64,000 bases of DNA from an uncultured cyanobacterium (GTDB lineage Bacteria; Cyanobacteriota; Cyanobacteriia; Leptolyngbyales; Leptolyngbyaceae). This document shows positions 60,090-64,000 of the stretch, one piece after another. Location: contig CAVYAN010000010.1 of the NCBI GenBank assembly GCA_963766075.1, positions 32,001 to 96,000 on the forward strand, read 5' to 3'. The stretch's first letter is position 1; each line of letters begins with the position of its first letter. Under the pieces are notes generated by a model that was not told where the DNA came from, ran no database searches, and saw only the letters and a list, made by a program, of their open reading frames with translations. The translations under genes were made by a program, and so were the position numbers.

Positions 60090-60418
60090 AAGACAATCGT
60101 GTTTATCTGATTCACATTAGAGACTGTATTCAACGTATCGAAACTTACACGGCTGAAGGAAAAACAGCCTTTTTTGCCGATCTGAAAACTCAGGATGCGG
60201 TGATCCGAAATCTGCAAACGCTATGTGAGTCAGCCCAACGACTGCCCGATGCGTGGAAAGCGATCCGCCCCGAAATTGACTGGAGAACAATTGGCGATTT
60301 TCGCAACGTCCTAGCCCACCAATATTTAGACATCGACCTTGATATTGTCTGGAATGTGGTGGAGAACTATCTGCCAGATTTAAAGCAAGCGATAGAAGCG
60401 ATTTTCCAGCAGGTTTAG
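60086..60418 (+). CDS. HEPN/DUF86 (HepT-like) RNase toxin
   Basis: DAVIRNL, IDW, RNVLAHQY (Rx4HxY), IVW. Confidence 0.92.
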   Translation: MKDNRVYLIHIRDCIQRIETYTAEGKTAFFADLKTQDAVIRNLQTLCESAQRLPDAWKAIRPEIDWRTIGDFRNVLAHQYLDIDLDIVWNVVENYLPDLKQAIEAIFQQV

Positions 60419-60753
60419 ACTGAAAAGCCAGAAACTGGGGTTCTCGCAAAGAGGTTGGGCGGTGGCGCAGCCTGTGCAGAGCACTTATCGCCGTGACTCC
60501 TGGCAGAACCCCGGTTTCTCAAACCCCGGCGATCGCCCTTGAGCCAATCATGCCGGGGCGATCGCCGCAATGGGAAAGGCCGATCGCGCCAATCCCTGCT
60601 AGAACCCCATTTTCTCGAATTCCCGAGATCGCCTTTAAGTTGTTTCTGTGCAAGAGTTGATGGAAGCGGCAAAAAAAGCGGCAAAATTTGCTGGCTGAAA
60701 GTCTATCTCCTAGAATGGGAGAATGTTTCAGCGTATTCCTGATCGGCAAAGAT

Positions 60754-61935
60754 ATGGTAGATTCGGCGATTCCCTATCGACAATACGAGCCAAGCCTTCT
60801 CAAACCTGTCTATCCCCAAAGAACCAGACACTTAGAAGACTTAGCGGTACTCCTTGCTGGAAAAGCGGGTCAACTCACTCAGGGACTCCATCCGATCGTG
60901 GTTCGATCGCTCGGTGCATTGGTGCGATCGATGAACTGCTATTACAGCAATCTGATTGAAGGACATCGCACCCGTCCCATCAATATCGAACGGGCCCTAT
61001 TACAAGATTTCTCTAGCGATCCAGAGCAACGCAATTTGCAACTCGAAGCGAAGGCACACATTGAGGTGCAAACGCTGTTGGATTTTGACCCTGCTTGGCA
61101 AGTTCTCGATGTCGTGAGTCCAGAATTCATCCAACAGGTCCATCGGGAGTTTTATCAACGATTGCCAGACGTGTTTTGGCAACTCGATCAAGTAGCAGTT
61201 CAGCCTGGAGAGTGGCGCACAACGAACGTGCAGATTGGTCGTCACATCCCGCCCCCCCCAGAGACGCTAACCGTTTTTCTCGCCCGCTTCGCCCAAGTCT
61301 ATCAACCGGATCGACTCTCTAAAATAGACCAAATTCTTGCAGCCGCAGCATCTCATCATCGATTTGTCTGGATTCACCCCTTTCTAGATGGCAATGGTCG
61401 TGTGGTGCGGCTCTTCTCCCATGCCTATTTTCAGCGTGTTGGGGTTGGAAATAGCCTGTGGTCAGTTTCACGGGGGTTAGCGCGACAAATGCAAGAGTAT
61501 CGATCGCGTTTAGCTCAAGCCGATCAACAACGACACAACGACTACGATGGGCGAGGCAACCTAAGCATGGCAGCCTTAGTCAGCTTTTGTGAGTTTTTTT
61601 TGGAGACTTGCATCGACCAGATTGATTTCATGATGAAACTTTTGGAACCGACGCAACTGTTAGCTCGGATTGAGGCGAATACCGCGATCGCGGTTCAGCA
61701 GAAATCTCTGCTACCGGGTAGCTTTGCGTTGCTAAAGGCAGCTTTTTGGGAAGGAGAAGTGGCACGAGGGCAGGCAGCAGCGATTACTGGCTATCAAGAA
61801 AGACAGGCGCGATCAGTATTGAAACGCCTACTGGATCAGGGGTTGCTAGTAGCAGACTCTCCAAAAAGTGCGGTTCGATTGGGATTTCCAACCGTCGCAG
61901 CAGAGCAATGGCTCCCGCGTCTATGGATTGATTAA
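60754..61935 (+). CDS. Fic family protein with C-terminal HTH
   Basis: YYSNLIEG, WIHPFLDGNGRVVR. Confidence 0.92.
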   Translation: MVDSAIPYRQYEPSLLKPVYPQRTRHLEDLAVLLAGKAGQLTQGLHPIVVRSLGALVRSMNCYYSNLIEGHRTRPINIERALLQDFSSDPEQRNLQLEAKAHIEVQTLLDFDPAWQVLDVVSPEFIQQVHREFYQRLPDVFWQLDQVAVQPGEWRTTNVQIGRHIPPPPETLTVFLARFAQVYQPDRLSKIDQILAAAASHHRFVWIHPFLDGNGRVVRLFSHAYFQRVGVGNSLWSVSRGLARQMQEYRSRLAQADQQRHNDYDGRGNLSMAALVSFCEFFLETCIDQIDFMMKLLEPTQLLARIEANTAIAVQQKSLLPGSFALLKAAFWEGEVARGQAAAITGYQERQARSVLKRLLDQGLLVADSPKSAVRLGFPTVAAEQWLPRLWID

Positions 61936-62151
61936 GGCTTTGAGCCAATCATGCCGGGGCGATCGCGCTGGAACCACGAAAGGCACGATGTAGTCAGCGC
62001 GATCGCCATCCGCTAAACTAAAGGCATAGGCTCGCTTGCGTCGATGCATCAGGTCATAAAACCAATGGCAGCGCAACGCTCCCGGCAGTTTATTGCCAAA
62101 GTGCCACGCCTCCCATTCTCCATCTTCAAAAACAACATCCGGAATGAAAAA

Positions 62152-63723
62152 TTAATGGAGAAAATGTCGCATTCCGGTCAGTACCATCACCACACCTAAC
62201 TCATTCGCCGCCTTAATGGAATCCTGATCCCGCACACTCCCACCGGGCTGAGCGATCGCCACAATTCCCGCCGCCGCCGCCGTCCGCACCGAATCATCAA
62301 ACGGGAAAAAACCATCACTCGCCAAAACCGCGCCCCGCGCCTGGGATCCCGCCTGCTCTAAAGCAATTTTGGCAGACCCCACCCGATTCATCTGACCGGC
62401 CCCCACCCCCACCGTAGCGCCATCCTTGGCCACCACGATCGCATTCGACTTCACATGCTTGCAAATCTTCCAGGCAAACAGCAACTCCGCCAACTGGTCC
62501 GCCGTCGGCTGCACCTCAGTCACAATTTGCCAATCTGGCACCGGCGTCAGCAGCCGATCCGCCGCCTGCACCAAAAATCCCCCCGCAATATCCTTCACCA
62601 AATACGGACTTCCCCCACCCAAATCCGGCAAAATCAACACCCGCAAATTGCCCTTTTTCTGGAGGATTGCTGCCGCCTCCGGATCACAGCCCGGAGCCAC
62701 CACACATTCCAAAAACAACTGTGTCAGCGCCTCAGCGGTAGGCACATCAATCGCCCGATTCAACGCCACAATTCCCCCAAAGGCCGACGTCGCATCCGCC
62801 TGCACCGCCTTTTGGTAAGCCTCAAAAATTGTGCCTCCCAGGGCCGAACCGCAGGGATTATTGTGCTTAATAATCGTCGCCGCCGGTCCACTATCCGCAT
62901 CCGCAAATTCCGCAATAATCGCCCGCGCCGCCTCCAGATCCACCAAATTGTTATAGCTCAGCTCCTTGCCCTGCAACTTCTGAGCCGCCGCCCACCCCGT
63001 GGGTGTCGCCCCAGTCTGATACCAGGCCGCCGCTTGGTGCGGATTTTCGCCGTAGCGCAACGCTTGGATCCGGCTTCCCGTTACATCAAAGGTCACCGGG
63101 AGCACCGCTGTCTCCGCAGTACCGGAATTCGCTAAAGCCTGAGTTTCAAGGTACTGAGCGATCGCCCGATCATAATTTCCCGTATGCTGAAACGTCGCCA
63201 GAGCACAAGCCTGCCGAAAGGCCAGAGACACCTCCCCATTGGACTTGCGCCACTCCTGAAGATACTCGTCATACTGCGCCGGATTGCACAACACCGTCAA
63301 ATGGGCAAAATTCTTGGCAGAGGCTCGCAACATCGCCGGCCCCCCAATATCAATCTGCTCGATCGCCGCCGCCAAGGTCACCCCCGGTTGGGCGATCGTC
63401 TGTTCAAAGGGGTAAAGATTCACCACCACCAAATCAATCGGTCGAATCTGATTAACCTCTAAATCCGTCACATCCTGAGGCACATCCCGCCGCGCCAAAA
63501 TGCCACCATGGATTTTAGGATGCAGCGTCTTCACCCGCCCCCCCAAAATTTCCGGCGATCCCGTGTAGTCCGACACCTTCGTCACGGGCAAACCCGCCGC
63601 CTTCAGCGCCTGAGCCGTACCCCCACTACTCACAATGTCAAACCCAAACTCGTCCACCAAACAGCGGGCAAACTCGATTAGCCCAGTTTTATCGGATACA
63701 CTCAACAGTGCCAGCCGTGCCAT
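62152..63723 (-). CDS. purH: Bifunctional AICAR transformylase / IMP cyclohydrolase
   Basis: ALLSVSDK, GGRVKTLHP, IDIGGP, LRYGENPHQ, KHNNPCG, SDGFFPF, RHFLH. Confidence 0.98.
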   Translation of the reverse strand: MARLALLSVSDKTGLIEFARCLVDEFGFDIVSSGGTAQALKAAGLPVTKVSDYTGSPEILGGRVKTLHPKIHGGILARRDVPQDVTDLEVNQIRPIDLVVVNLYPFEQTIAQPGVTLAAAIEQIDIGGPAMLRASAKNFAHLTVLCNPAQYDEYLQEWRKSNGEVSLAFRQACALATFQHTGNYDRAIAQYLETQALANSGTAETAVLPVTFDVTGSRIQALRYGENPHQAAAWYQTGATPTGWAAAQKLQGKELSYNNLVDLEAARAIIAEFADADSGPAATIIKHNNPCGSALGGTIFEAYQKAVQADATSAFGGIVALNRAIDVPTAEALTQLFLECVVAPGCDPEAAAILQKKGNLRVLILPDLGGGSPYLVKDIAGGFLVQAADRLLTPVPDWQIVTEVQPTADQLAELLFAWKICKHVKSNAIVVAKDGATVGVGAGQMNRVGSAKIALEQAGSQARGAVLASDGFFPFDDSVRTAAAAGIVAIAQPGGSVRDQDSIKAANELGVVMVLTGMRHFLH

Positions 63724-64000
63724 AGATGTCTTGACCCACAATTCGCATTACACAGATTCAATAGGGTACAGGGTTCTGGGGGCAGAGCATAGAACCCTGA
63801 GCAAGTTTTAAGTTTTGGCTTAAGTTTTGGCTGCGGTTTGGGATTAGGGACTTCCAAATAAATCATCATCCCAACCCCGCCATTCAGGATATCAGTGGCC
63901 AATTCAAGAGAAAAATACCTTTGGACATTCATTGGCGATCGCTCGGACCTGCGCCGGACTAGAAGTCGGCGCTCTTAGAGCGAAGTCCACTAGAAGTGGA

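Larger units (their letters stand above)
59671..61966 (+). repeat. Three copies of a HIP1-containing direct repeat (59671-59725, 60533-60587, 61938-61966)
   Basis: Core ttg[a/g]gccaatcatgccggggcgatcg; copies 1 and 2 align over 55 bp. Confidence 0.9.
1..64000. repeat. HIP1 octamer GCGATCGC dispersed through the window
   Basis: Many copies (e.g. in the NRPS genes, RND genes, T1SS and purH); sparse in the IS patch and the RM cassette. Confidence 0.9.

Noticed and set aside
62455..63135. 226-aa ORF antisense to purH (and similar antisense ORFs within the NRPS, RND and ABC genes)
   Set aside because: Shadow ORFs of well-supported genes, with no recognisable motifs.

Overview
Cyanobacterial chromosomal window (the HIP1 octamer GCGATCGC is abundant), mostly accessory DNA, ending in the housekeeping gene purH. 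From left to right: (1) the 3' end of a hybrid NRPS-PKS cluster (Tyr-type module, Cys-like module, KS-AT-KR-ACP-TE) with a DevB/DevC/DevC exporter and an unusual MFS-DevA ATPase-tandem repeat-receiver ORF. (2) An ISAs1 element that truncates a small thioredoxin-like gene and abuts a ~12 kb sulfide/persulfide island (SQR, ArsR, two rhodaneses, two DUF2892 proteins, RND pump, extra Rieske PetC, DsbA-like and SCP2-like proteins). (3) A stand-alone DXCF GAF protein, a PotABCD-like ABC importer with an embedded porin, GntR and MATE. (4) A patch of IS debris (ISAzo13, IS1 copies, a probable replication-protein fragment, a phased AGAC repeat array). (5) A PPIase-HlyB-HlyD type I secretion trio. (6) Two back-to-back islands, each bracketed by a diverged duplicate of a flanking gene's 3' end (hlyD-like gene, purH). 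The first carries an integrase-less integron remnant whose cassette (core site plus complete attC) encodes a C5 methyltransferase and an HNH nuclease. The second carries MNT-HEPN and Fic modules separated by a HIP1-containing direct repeat. Four single-base frameshifts in otherwise intact genes may be sequencing errors. No rRNA, tRNA or CRISPR array was recognised. All family assignments are from motif recognition, not database searches.
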